From: Octopus vulgaris
Lineage: Eukaryota
DNA: 64,000 bases
NCBI GenBank assembly: GCA_951406725.2
Contig: OX597821.1
Location: 29,202,001-29,266,000, forward strand
Direction: 5' to 3'
The translations under genes and the position numbers were made by a program. Under the pieces are notes generated by a model that ran no database searches, was not told the origin of the DNA, and saw only the letters and a program-made list of their open reading frames with translations. Positions 38,090-50,329 of the stretch are shown piece after piece. Position 1 is the first letter of the stretch; the number at the start of each line of letters is the position of its first letter.

Positions 38090-38650
38090 TAATGTCTATT
38101 TTTCTATGCTAATATTGGCTTGGTGGAGTTGATTGAAGCAGATATTCTCTGAAAAATGCCTTTCCTGTCACCAATCCCTATCTGGTTCCATGTAAGGTAA
38201 TATTTCCCCACAACTAGACAAATCTAATAGAATAGTGGAAATGAATGGCATTTATTTACAGCAATCACAATATGTCAAGACAAAGAGACACAAACATGCA
38301 CAAACATTCTCACTCTCTCACATACATAATAATGAATGAAATTATTGTATACAGTGCTCAGGTGTACCACTACATAAATATGGAACACTTCACGAATTTG
38401 CGTGTCATCCTTGCGCAGGGGCCATACTAATCTTCTCTGTATCGTTCCAATTTTAGAATATGTACCACCATAGCTAATACATATACTTATCCATTTATGA
38501 TCGACTCCCTTCAGGTCCATCTACTAAGCCCCCTCACAAGACTGGTTGGCTGACTATAGCTGAAGTCAGATGCTTGTGGTGCTGTGCAAGCAGTGAAATT
38601 GAACCCAAAACAATGCAATTCAGAAGTGTACTCCATAACCACACTACCAC
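38090..38650 (-). mobile_element. Old family-B SINE (RTE-tail variant) hosting the U6 copy
   Basis: Head half at 38490-38650 (GTGGTTATGG..GGGTTCAATTTC..CTTGTGAGGGGGCTTAGTAGATGG). Tail half at 38090-38300 (GTGTCTCTTTGTCTTGACA..TTGGTGACAGGAAAGGCAT). Confidence 0.6.
38376..38480 (-). pseudogene. U6: U6 snRNA copy (probable pseudogene)
   Basis: Minus strand GTATTAGCTATGGTGGTACATATTCTAAAATTGGAACGATACAGAGAAGATTAGTATGGCCCCTGCGCAAGGATGACACGCAAATTCGTGAAGTGTTCCATATTT. The ACAGAGA box is intact, but the AGC triad reads AGT, there are only 3 terminal T, and there is no TATA near -30. Confidence 0.95.
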
Positions 38651-39601
38651 ACACAGCACACACACACACACACCTAATGAATGATTGCAACAAAGTTAAA
38701 TTTGTCATTCCTTCTGCCACTTTTACTTAACACAGACCATGAGAGAAAGAGAGAGACAGACAGAAAGATATGAGTGAGTGATGTGCTTGCACATTGTATA
38801 TCGTGAAGGTGTGAGTGTGTATTTGTGAGTGGTATTTGTATGTTGTGCTGCAGGTTTGTGTGTCTACATGTGAATGTGAGAGTGTGTGTATGTGTATTTG
38901 ATTTATTTGCAAAGGGCTGTTGCCAGAATAAGACAGATGATGGCAATTCATTGGAAGTACTGTTGATATAGGTATCTGCCTCTTCAAGTACATCATCACA
39001 CTGGAACACACCTACATACAAACACACATATATGTGTACACCGAAAACACACAGTATACATCACATTTAGACTCACACACACAAGAACTATTTAATCAGA
39101 CATTTAGGAGAAGCTGCCAACATATCTCTTGGTGTTTGCAAGATATGATGGTGAGCCAATATACAATAGGAGAGATTAAACTGAAAAATCCTCTCAGGCT
39201 ACAATGTCCATATACGTCAATAATTACTATGTTCTACTGATTTGCCCAAAGCTTGCACTCAGAAACTGGAAGGTCATCAACAGATGAACTTAGGTGACCT
39301 TTGAGGTTTGTTGAAGATGATGCACAAAAGAAGGAAAAAAAAATTGCTCTTTGATGCTATGCATGCTCACTAATATTCAAAAGAATTTTCAAAGCGTCTT
39401 TTTATCCTAACCCCAGTATGAAATTGTCAAGCTATAAATATAAATACATATGCATATATGCATTTTTGAAAATGGAGGGAGCAAAAAAAATTAAAAAGCT
39501 TCCCTGATATTCAAAATTGATTACAAGCAATTATGTTTTATTTTCAGAAAGTTGATTGACGCATACAATTCAATACATGGATTTAACACTGACAACCTTA
39601 A

Positions 39602-39815
39602 CTCTTTTGATATCAACCTGCCTGGCACTACCCCTGGTTCTATGATACAGACTGTTTTAAAGTAATCTGAATATAAAGATTCCATCAACATTTTGGGGTA
39701 ATTTATGTTCCAACAGATTAATAATGATATAGTTATTTCACAAAATTTTTCATTATTTTTAAGATTAATTGAAACAAAGGCAGCATATTTCAGCAGAAAT
39801 AAAGTAACAAAAGAA
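39602..39815. mobile_element. piggyBac-type MITE
   Basis: TTAA|CTCTTTTGATA ... TAACAAAAGAA|TTAA. Layout like the 15807 copy. Confidence 0.75.
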
Positions 39816-40719
39816 TTAATAAGAAGTGACATTATAAATACCTGTCTGAAATAGAAACAGCAACAAGTTTTAGAAGGGCTTTGAATCACAAACCTATCAC
39901 TTATCACTGACTAAGTGACTGCATCACTCATTATACTCCAGAATGCCTGCAGATCCAACTCTCAGACATAGTTGGTATAATATTTTTATACTATTTTAGC
40001 TGTCTTTAACAGCAGAATACAATTTGCCAGTCACTAAGCACCCTAATAATAATGAAGGAAAGAAAAAAAGAATTATATTTAGTTGCCCAACAAACCTAAG
40101 GGATATTGCTGCCAATTCTTTTCTAACACCGTATTTAATATATTTGTGTGCACAATTTGGGATGTGGATATTGTGCAGAAGCCTGTCTTGTGACTGTATG
40201 TTTATGTTAATGCACACATGCTTATATATCTATACTTGCACCCACAAATTCAACCCCTTTATACATTTATGGATCTGTGTTTGAGTTTGTGTGTTTGACA
40301 CTGTACTGTTATTTTGAAAACAAAAATGTGTCAAAATGTTAACTTGGCCAATCAATAAAATATTGATTGGTAGAATAAATAATAAACTGAAATAAAAACT
40401 AGGGTCACTGGGATCAATAAAAACTCACTGAAGAGCAGTGTCCTAGCATAGCTGCAGTCCAATGGCTGAAACCAGAAAAAAAGATTATTAGAGAATAAAG
40501 CTGGGAAGGCCATATGTAGAATGCCATTCAAACAGCTTTTTCATTGGTTAATTTTGTGCTGTAAAACTGGCTTTACAATTAGTGTTGTCAGGGACTGTTC
40601 AATGATCACAACTAATTCTATTACAATTTATTCAAAGAAGGGTTACAATGAAACACCATTGTAATCATGCACAATACCTACTTATACACACATACATACA
40701 TGTGTATGTATGTATATAT

Positions 40720-40768
<49 letters not shown>

Positions 40769-40989
40769 CATGCATGTAAAGTTTCACAGAGATTTGAGAA
40801 TAAAAATACAAGATAGGGATAACCTAAAATTTATCAGATCAATAGCTATATTACAATATGGTATAAATCTAAAGGTTTTTGGAAGAGAGACAAAACTGGA
40901 TTGTTTAAAATTTATCGAAGTGAGATGGCCACAATGAAAAATCAGTTAATCAATAGTTATAATAATACATTGACAAATATATGTATCTA

Positions 40990-42310
40990 TGAAGAACACA
41001 CGTACTATGTTGAAATAGAGACAAACCATCCTTTATTTCAAACTAATTGAAAGCAGAAGGCCACTGTGGCAATTAAGTGATCTAGAACGAATAATGTAGA
41101 AGGGATTTTGAAATAATGGAAATTTCATTATTGATAAAATAATGATTCATTGAAAAACTTCTGAAGAAAAAGAAAAATTCAATGGAATTGTTGCAAGTAC
41201 ATGATAGAACAAAACCTGCTGAATTTCAAAAGCTGATATTCTCATACTCTCATAGCTTTGTGAATGGGATACCTTTAACATACCACTGGTAACAGAGAAC
41301 ATGGTAAACTACATTAGTTAGTAAGGAAAGTTAGATAACAAGTAGAGGAGAATTAAGAAACTCACTTTTGAGTCGTTAACATCCATGAGGATAGAGATTT
41401 AGATTAACTGATATATAACTGAATTTAAGAACCATAAACACTTGTTAGCTTCATTAGTTTAAGGTGGCTTTAGATGAGGAGACATAACAAAGTCAAAACA
41501 CTGGATGTTCTAAAGTCATCCTTACACTAACGAACCAAGAGTGCTATGAACACATATTTGTCTGAAAAGAGAAATTGCAATACAACAGCAATTCGCAAAT
41601 TCATGATCAAATTCTGCCAGAATGTATTTAGAAGGACTATGTAAGCCATCGTTTTGATTCTTACAGTTTACTGTGCACATGATGATTTATGATATATGAC
41701 TGATCTCTTACTCTTAAAGCTGTGTGAATAGATACCTTTAAGAATCCATTGGTAGAAGAGGCAACAGTAAACAATCATTAGCTATTTAAAAGATTTAGAA
41801 GATACCAAACTTATGAGAATTAAGAAATTTAATTTAAAATCATTAACAACATTATAGGTGTAGGGGTAGCTATGTGGTAAGTAGCTTGCTTACGAACCAC
41901 ATGGTTCCGGGTTCAGTCCCACTGTGTGGCACCTAGGGCAAGTGTCTTCTACTATAGCCTCAGGCTGACCAAAGCCTTGTGAGTGGATTTGGTTGCCGGA
42001 AACTGAAAGAAGCCCATCATATATATGTATATATATGTGTATGTGTGTGTGTGTATGTTTGTGTGTCTGTGTTTGTCCCTCCAACATCGCTTGACAACCG
42101 ATGCTGGTGTGTTTACGTCCCCGTAACTTAGCGGTTCGGCAAAAGAGACCGATAGAATAAGTACTAGGCTTACAAAGAATAAGTCCTTGGCCACAGTCAA
42201 ATGACTGAAACAAGTAAAAGAGTAGCCATAAGGATGGAAATTTAGTTAAACTGAATTTCCTTCGCTGCTAAACATGAGATGAATCTTTTACTGAATATGA
42301 CACTAGGCTA
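40990..42310 (+). pseudogene. Highly decayed hAT (Charlie/ZBED-like) transposase, split by a family-B SINE
   Basis: Colinear degenerate motifs RPLWQLSD (RP.C..C), LIFSY..HTTG (ASY..KPHTIGE), KKLT..MRIE (PLS..T..RRI), VALDEET (L.LDESTD), IHW*KRQQ (IHC..HR) and MR*IF (VRWLS), with many frameshifts. Confidence 0.5.
41857..42224 (+). mobile_element. Family-B SINE
   Basis: Highly similar to 34165, with a short deletion before the tail end. Confidence 0.92.
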
Positions 42311-42855
42311 TCATACATATTGCTGAAAATAATTTCTAATCAGCACTGCAAACTAATGGAAAACTCAAAGCTCATTCAAACCTTGTACTGTTTATTGCAG
42401 TGGGTTACACTTCTACACAGTACCTATTTACATCAAGGTAGACTGATCTGTTGATATGTAACAGTCTTTGATTTAAGTCAATTAACCATTATGCATGAAA
42501 GATCAGTTAGAGGTGGCTAACACACTAAAGTTACCACATTAAAAGAAGCACTGGAGAATTCAATTCTTTTTATTTGGTCCCTAGTTCGAATATTGCCATT
42601 GGTCGGTCTAATGTAAAATGATAGAGGATGTCTATAAACAGGCACAGATTTAATTACTTATATATAGATATTAATTTAAAATACATTGATTTAATATACG
42701 ATGAATTGATATGATTAATTAAAGAGCCTAAATATTCATTAAAATGAAAACAAAAACAAATTAGTTAACACCTGAAAGAACATTTTTCAATGTCTAGCCT
42801 CTTTTCATTGATACTACTATCTGATTTTAGTTGAAAATAAAAGCATGAATGAGAT

Positions 42856-42894
<39 letters not shown>

Positions 42895-44116
42895 GCATGT
42901 GTGTTTAGCGAGATTTAGCAAAGCAATTACGACATTGAATATACACATTTGTGAAAATACTTCGTGAAAATCATTACAAATATACCAATTCTCAATTGTA
43001 GACTGGAAATTGAAGTCTAAATTGCAAAGAAATAGCTAGCTATATTGTAATCAGCATGAGGTGTTATACCAAACCAAGGGGTGTTAGCTATCAAAACGGT
43101 TCATCAGCTTTTGGGAAATTAAGTAACAGTAATATACTTGGGTTGATTTAATCAGTCATAAATTTGTGGTCTGCTCCAAGGAAAGAATCAGTCATGTTGT
43201 CTTCAGATAATAGTTTTTGAAATATTTTAAATGTCTTTTGAGCTTGATTTAGTTTGACTTTATTATTTTGTCAGTTATCGATTCCAGTAAATGACCAGTA
43301 TATTAGTAAGTTATCACCTCATATAAGACTGAGCATTGCAGTTACACTGTACCATACTAGACCATACCATATCATTAAACATTAGGAGTCACTGAGTCAC
43401 AGTACAAATGTTCTTGTGCCAATCAATTCTTGTTAGATATTTTCTGGGAATTGGGCCAACACTACTTTCAGTCATCCATCTTTTAACATGTTTTCTAGTC
43501 TCACAGACAATCCCAGCTTACCAAGCACTATTGTTTAGATTTACAGGAAGCATTCAATATGGACAGAAAAAAATAATTAGATGTTCAAAATACAAGCCAA
43601 TAAAGTGACCCCAAGATAGTCATGTGACTTCATAGAAACAGAATCTAAAAATCCCCCAAATCTCAAAATCCTATCATCTTTGGGCAAACTAATAACATGT
43701 GTCTGAGGGCTAAATAAAAAGCTCAATGTTTTATATTACTCTGTCCTGCTACACTGGGGTCCTTGTAATCAACTAGCCCCTCTCACAAAATATCATGCCT
43801 TGTGCCTATAGTAGAAAGGATTATTATTGATAGTAGTACCAATTATTATTATTATTATTGTCATTATTATAATTACATCACTACTACATAGATATGGGGA
43901 CATCACAATATTATTAGATATCTTCATTACTATAATAATTGTTTCATTTACCATCGTATATATTAACATACTATCTCATTGCATAACAAGCATATCAAGA
44001 CTTTAACTAGAGTCACCTCAAGGTGCTGGTAGCTTGAATATTTCCCTAAGACAGACTTAGGATATCATGTAAAGTTGGTTGAGAAAAATGTGGAAAACTA
44101 AGATACTCTAAAATCT

Positions 44117-44152
<36 letters not shown>

Positions 44153-44297
44153 GGATGAATGAATTATCCTTTGTTTACCATTAACATGGAAAATTCAATA
44201 AACAGTTACCAGGGTAGCAATATTCACGCAAGTAACACAGATGAAGCGACCTATTCAAAGGTAGAAACTCCGGGTTAATGTGCAGTAATTTGTATAG

Positions 44298-44356
44298 TAT
44301 AAGTAAATAAATGGAGTTGAACGCAGATGTTATTAAACTCCATTTATTTACTTATA
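44298..44356. repeat. Perfect 21-bp inverted repeat, 17-nt spacer
   Basis: TATAAGTAAATAAATGGAGTT (44298-44318) / AACTCCATTTATTTACTTATA (44336-44356). Confidence 0.95.
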
Positions 44357-44431
44357 TATTTATATCTATCTATCTATCTATATATATATATATACACACA
44401 CACATATGTGTGTGTGTGTATATATATATAA

Positions 44432-44639
44432 ATATTAGAAGAAATAAGGTACTCAGAAAATCGGATGGTTTATATTTACAGATATTTATTTGTATATTAC
44501 ATTTGTTATATATCATAAGATATATAAAAAATGTAATATACAAATAAATATCATATGATATATAAAAAATGTAATGTACAAATAAATATCTGTAAATATA
44601 AACCATCTGATTTTCTGAGTACCTCATTTCTTCTAATAT
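44432..44639. repeat. Foldback element: 86-bp inverted arms (4 mismatches), 36-nt spacer
   Basis: Arms at 44432-44517 and 44554-44639. The spacer is a duplicate of the inner part of the right arm. Confidence 0.95.
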
Positions 44640-44794
44640 ATGATACCTGTACATCATCTCCAAACCTTCCAATATATATAAATATATACATAAATACTTA
44701 CTTAGGTTTTGGCCACATTGGCCCAGGCCAAAGCTAACTTAATAGCACCACTTGGAAAAGACATTTTGTAATGTATTTATGTATAGTTATTTTT

Positions 44795-45330
44795 AAGCAC
44801 CATTGCCCATTCGTGTAGGTGGTTTATCTGGAATTTGTTGGAGATATTCCTCCAGGAACTTTTTGAATGCTATGAAATCTTTTTCATCCTCTATATGTTT
44901 TGGAATGAGGTTAAAAAGAGCAGGTCCAGTTGAGAAGAAGTAGTTCTGTCTTAGTGTTGCGATGTGCTGAAAGCACAGTTTCTGTAGAGGACACATGGCA
45001 CAGGGACCAAGCCTTGAGTGGATTTTAACAGTGATACCGATATCATTTGGGCAATACTGTTGGAACAATTTCCACATCCTACAAATAATAAAGTGCCCTC
45101 GGTGGTGCTGGAGAAAATACAGTTTGAGATTCGTGAGTCAATCCCGGTAATTAAGAACAGACATGCCATCAATTTTTTTTCTAATTGATTTCTAGAGTGT
45201 TTCGAGGTTTTTTAATATTTTGGCTTGTGTGGGGAGACCATATCGGACAACAGCATTCAAGGTGAGGGTGGGTGAAGGTAGAAAAAAGAAGGATAATGGT
45301 TGAAGCATCTCTAGACTGGATCCTCAGTAT
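44795..45330 (-). pseudogene. 3' part of a CR1-group LINE ORF2
   Basis: ILRIQSRD..LLFSTFTHPHLECCCPIWSP..KKIDGMSVLNY..LKLYFLQ..MWKLFQQYCPN..TGPALFNLIP..FKKFLEEYLQQIPDKP matches the post-RT region (RPHLEYC...WSP; L.LYSL.RRRER; GP.LFN.LP; FK..LD.FL..IPD.P). Confidence 0.88.
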
Positions 45331-45615
45331 TGCTTCCTAGAGCAGCAGCTATATAATTAATCAGTCAACCCAGACAGATAGAGGTCCCTTAGAATGGATG
45401 ACATTGGGGGCTAAATGTCCTACATATAATGATATCACAGCCTTATCTATTGAAATATATATGAAGACCTAGTCACGGAATTAATGTTCTTAAATATTGC
45501 AGATCATAACATTGGCACCAAAAGACAGCAGGAGTTAGGTTTTAGAAAAAAGTTTTCTATCTCTTGTGTGCATCAGTAGTTGAGCAGCATATGTAGGACC
45601 TAACTCCTTCATTAA

Positions 45616-45837
45616 CTCTTTAATAAGCATATTTCTATTGAAATGCACTGTATTTGTTTCATTTAGTATTGAAAATAATAAAAATAATTACTAAAATAAC
45701 TTGGTCGGTCATTAAAACAGCATTAAAACATACATTAAAACAGCATTTTAATGAAAGATTTTAATTTAGATCACTCTAAAACAGGAAGTATATATCATTG
45801 AACAGAGGAGGTCTATGGTGGGTTGGTATCAAAAAGG
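45616..45837. mobile_element. piggyBac-type MITE
   Basis: TTAA|CTCTTT ... GGTATCAAAAAGG|TTAA. Reverse-complement relative of 39602. Confidence 0.75.
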
Positions 45838-46121
45838 TTAATAAAGTATGGCATTGAACAAAAAAATTAATTATGAATCAGATCATTCCAAGAATCAAAT
45901 TATAAAGAAAACAGTATTAATTTATATTAATTATAAATAAATTAATTATAAGTTATAAATATAAGTAGAATCTCATTTTCTATCTTAATGTTCTATCAGA
46001 GTTTACTTTATTTCATTTTTAGCTTTTTCTTATCCTTTGCTACACGTTTAAAAAATATTTACAGAATTAGATATAAATAGCTTTTTAATGCTTCTGATAT
46101 TATCAATAACATTGCCATCAG

Positions 46122-46525
46122 TGAGGTAGTTAGCTGGCAGAATAGTTAATGCACAAGAGAAAATATCAGCAAGTATTTCTTAGAGCTCTATGCATTCTGG
46201 TTTCAAATCATGCTGTGGTTACATTGCCTTTCATGCCTCTGGAGTAAATAAAATGCAACACCAGTCAAATACTGGTGTAGATGCAATCCCTTGAAAAAGT
46301 GCAGGTCTTGAGCCAAAATCCTTATTATTAAGGGGGACAGATGGCAGAATCATTACCAGTTGGGGTAGAGATTAAGTCAAATTGACCAGTGCTCAACTGG
46401 TACTTACTTCATCAATGTAAGGATGAAAGGCAAAATTGACCTCGACAGAATTTGAACTTAGAATGTGAAGACAGACGAATTGCCACTAATTATATTTCCC
46501 AGCAGGCTAATGATACTATGAGCTC
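46122..46525. mobile_element. Adjacent family-A SINEs in opposite orientation
   Basis: Plus-strand copy at about 46122-46330. Minus-strand copy at about 46365-46525 (ACTGGTACTT..GGATGAAAGGCAAA..TTTGAACT). Confidence 0.8.
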
Positions 46526-46845
46526 ATCATCATCATCATTTAGCATCCGCTTTCCATGCTAGCATGGGTTGGACGATTCAACTGGGGTCTAGGAAGCCAG
46601 AAGGCTGCACCAGGCCCAGTCTGATCTGGCAATGTTTCTACGGCTGGATGTCCTTCCTAATGCCAACCACCCCGTGAGTGTAGTGGGTGCTTTTTACGTG
46701 CCAGACGAGGCTGGCAAACGGCCACGATTGGATGGTGTTTTTTATGTGCCACCTGCATGGGGGCCAGGCGAGGTTGGTAATGGCGACGATCAGATGGTGC
46801 TTTTTACGTGCCACCGGCACGAGGCCAATCGAGGCGGCGCTGGCA
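46525..46845 (-). mobile_element. Family-C element with three internal modules
   Basis: Tail and body as at 13716. GGTGYTTTTTAYGTGCCA cores at about 46686, 46734 and 46796. Confidence 0.85.
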
Positions 46846-47694
46846 ATGATGATAATAATAATGGTCTCAAACTTTTGCATGAGGCCAGCAGTTTTGGGGG
46901 AGGGTGTAAGTTGATTATGTTGACCCCGGTGCTCAACAGATACTTATTCAATGTAGAGCTATTCACTCAGTAGAATTTTTCTACTCAGTACAAAACCCAA
47001 TGAAGCTGACTTAGCATTCATCCTTTTGGATTGATAAAATAAGTACCAATCAAGTTTTAGGACCAATATAATTGACTAACCTCCTCTCCATAAAATTACA
47101 GGCCTTGTGGTAAAATCTGAAACTATTACTATTGTTACATAACTCGTGTATTCATGTTATTACATAAATAACTTTTATGGTCAATGGTGCCCTAATTCAG
47201 CTTTTTCTGTTTTGAAAGTATTGTTCTTTCTCTTTTGCAGCTGTCATGTTATTGTCTTCACATACATATATATAAGACAATTGTAATATCCTTTTTCAAT
47301 TTGTCAAGCCTATTTAAACAAATTCTAAACAGTAGTCATCATACAATATACATGAGAAAAGAAACAACAATATTAAAAAAAAAAGACACCCCACCAAAAA
47401 AAAAAAAAAAAGAACAACAGGAAACAAAAAGGACAGCTAAACTTGTGGAAATCTTTGATTTTCAATTCTCCCACTGGGCTATCTAAACATGGTTGGAATT
47501 TTTTTGCAGGCAAAACTCTTTCTCTCTCTCTCTCTTACACACAAGGAAAAACAGAAAAAAATTCTGAGATGCAAACAAAAGAATGAACATAATATTTTGG
47601 TTGTGAAAGAGGCATGAAACAGAAAAATGAGAAAATATAAATAGATAAGTAAATAACACCCCACTAAATGGGAAGACCAACAACAACAACAATT

Positions 47695-48030
47695 GTTTCA
47701 AATTTTGGCACAAGCCAGCAATTTTTTTTTCAGTGGGAAAGTATTATTTGATTACAGTGACTCCAGCACCCTACTGGTACTTATTTCATTGACTCCAAAA
47801 GGATGAAAATAGAAAGTGAAGTTGAACTTGGCTGAATTTGAACTTAGAATATAAAGAGCTGGGAAAAATGTAACTAAAAGTTTTGCCTTGATACTCTTAT
47901 GATTTTCTCAGCTTGTTACCTTAATAATAATTCTTTCTACCACATGCATTAGGCCTGAAATTTTAAAGAGGGAACTAGTCAATTACATCGACCCCCATGC
48001 CTGACTAATACTATTTTCATTGACCCCCAC
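47695..48030 (-). mobile_element. Two tandem family-A SINE copies
   Basis: TTTCAAATTTTGGCACAAG..ACTGGTACTTATTT..GGATGAAA..TTTGAACT, plus a second partial copy from 47935. Confidence 0.75.
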
Positions 48031-48034
48031 ATGA

Positions 48035-49265
48035 TTTGCATAAAGGATAAGGAGAAAGAAATGGAACAGACAATGAAATTATACATAGTAGGCAAAGTAT
48101 GTGATAATAGGAATGATGCAGCCCTCCAACTAGGGTCAATTAAGGAACCCCACAGATCCAGGATTACCCTGACCACCAAAGGTATCAGCCCTTTCTCCTG
48201 CTCTCCAATCTACAGGTGCATATTTAGAATAGGGCTTTTCACTCTATTTTTGTCACAGTCATACATTTTTTCACAAATTCACTGGGAAGTAGCACTTTCT
48301 TCGCCACCCTCACTTTCCTTTTGAAGTAGAACTTAAAAAAGGTGATGAGAGCTTGACCCAAGTGGAAGGTGCCTTTCCTCAATTCTATCAGCCTTGTCCC
48401 CCACATAGCCTCTGGCTCCAGAGCAACTAGATAAAGGAACACCACCTGCCTTGCATCGTTAAAATCTGCTTTTAACAGGATTACAACCAGAAATTATCTG
48501 TAATATTCCCTACATTGGTATCGTTTTTCAGCAGAGTTAACACACCTCAGCTCACAGACCAAGGAATCCTCGTATTTTGCTCTCAGTTGTGATAGACGTT
48601 TGCCAAGAGGTCACCAAACAGCTCTGGCATCTCTCTCTATATAAACGGCAGTTTGTCTGTGCGTGTTTCTGTGTGTCTGTTTGCTTGTACCCTCACTCTG
48701 ACCACGGCTTTCAACCGATTCTGATGAAACTTGACACACACATAGCCCAATGTCATAATTCAAAACTAACGCAGCGAAAATTTTGAAAAGTTCCCCCAGT
48801 TCTGAAAAAAATCGATAAATTCGATATGGGGTCGAGAATAAAAAAAAACAAACCACAGACTGTCTAGGAGACGCAACTCAACCTTTTTTTACTCTCAAAA
48901 AAATTTACCATAATTTTTTTTCCATTTTTTTGCTATTTTTTGGCTATAACTCTCTAAAAATGCTTTATAGTTATTTCCCTTACAAACCTGAGCAACGCCG
49001 GGCGATACTGCTAGTATGACTATAAAACTCATAGGGCTGACCATCCAAATCAAGCAACTAGTTCCTTGTGCAACCACTCAGAACTTGTATTTCAATTGCT
49101 GCTATTGCACTTTCACAGCGCCCAGCCTCTTCTTTAAAGAGTTGCAGCAGGCCATCAAGGAATATACCGAAATCCTTAATTCTCTGCAGCCTATTGCTTT
49201 CTCTGAAGAGTTGGACAAAGTGCTGCTGGAATCACACAGTATGCACTCATCCTGATCTGCTAAAG
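48035..49265 (-). pseudogene. Internally deleted L1-Tx1 clade ORF2 fossil, split by a Helitron
   Basis: With 48630-49014 removed: FQQHFVQLF..FLDGLLQLFKEEAGRCESAIAAIEI..LDGQPYEFYSHMPELFGDLLANVY..IPWSVS*GVLTLLKND..NF..LLKADF (L1 RT start, SPG.DG.P.EFY and N.RPI.LLN.D). It then jumps at about 48455 to the C-terminal VFLYLVA..W.TRL..GQALITFFKFYFKRKVRV. Confidence 0.85.
48630..49014 (+). mobile_element. Complete non-autonomous Helitron
   Basis: A|TCTCTCTCTATATAAACGGCA ... CCTGAGCAACGCCGGG (subterminal hairpin) CGATACTG CTAG|T. No TSD. Removal restores the host codons exactly. Confidence 0.93.
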
Positions 49266-50123
49266 ATTGAATTGTGGCCATGTGTTGAGAGGAATTCTTT
49301 TGGGTTTGAATAATTGACCTTTGGAAAGATGTGTGTTTTGTTCAACATCCTTAACCTCTATTCAGATGGGTTTTTTTTGAGCAGTAGGGGCTACATGACT
49401 TGAAGAAAATTCTAACTGAGCCCCACCTGCGAAGTCACGCATTGTCTCAATATAAAATCACCATATCACACACATGGTTGTAATGCATGAGCCTGATGAG
49501 CTCTTATCAGATGGGTAGTCAAGATGGGTATAATGGGTTTCATATATTTTACCTCAGCGTTACTTTGATGGCATGCATTGTTCTCTCACTCAATAATAAT
49601 AATCATGCTTCTAACATAGGTTTCAGCCAAACATTTATGAGGGATTAAGGTAGTTGATTAAATCACTCCCAGTATTTGACAGGTACTTTATTTTATCAAC
49701 TCCAGAAGGATGAAAGATAAACCTGATCTCAGTGGGATTTGAACTTAGAACGTAAAGAGCCGGAACAAATGACAGCAATAAAAAAAATAAACATTGTTTG
49801 AAGGTGGTAGGCTGACTGACTAAACTAGAAAGACCTAAGAGACAGCAGAGTAAGGGGAGGGCATTTCTGTTGTTCATGAGTGGTATGTGGGTGATCCATT
49901 TTATGAGATTTAAGAGGAAGGGTGATGTGGGGATTATGCTGAGGGTGGGGCACTGAAAATTGCATTTGTTTATTTATTCTTATACATATATATTTTTGAG
50001 TGAAACACATCTGAAGCAGTGATGTTTCAAGCTTGAAGAATTCTTAGTCTCAGCAGTAGTTCATTTCAACCCAGCTGCTTTATTCATCCTAGCCCCATCC
50101 CTAATTGTTATTGTTAGATATTA

Positions 50124-50182
<59 letters not shown>

Positions 50183-50329
50183 TCTCATTTTTACATGCTA
50201 TATACAAATGTAAACATCAACCTCAGTTGTATCTTGTCTTTGTATCAGCCCCATTTTTTTTTGGAATCCCTTTGTGGCAAATAAAGAAATAACAACAACA
50301 ATAACAGCATCATTGTTACTGATGTTGTT

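Noticed and set aside
38275-38520. 81-aa ORF containing KIGTIQRRLVWPLRKDDTQIRE
   Set aside because: Spurious translation of the U6 sequence.
39150-39375. Possible hAT dimerisation-domain remnant, and a possible RTE end at about 16230-16520 (-)
   Set aside because: Only a few scattered residues match, below what I can support by eye.
46685-46845. Repeat-spacer modules as a CRISPR array
   Set aside because: Spacers are recognisably related to each other and to those at other loci, and the modules are internal to a dispersed retroelement.
47215-47300. Strong acceptor-like TTCTTTCTCTTTTGCAG at 47240
   Set aside because: The downstream sequence is not protein-like in any frame and there is no convincing donor. 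It cannot be supported without RNA data.
48577-49255. Plus-strand ORFs 48577 and 49016 join in frame when the Helitron is removed
   Set aside because: Antisense shadow of the minus-strand Tx1 RT frame, which carries the real motifs.
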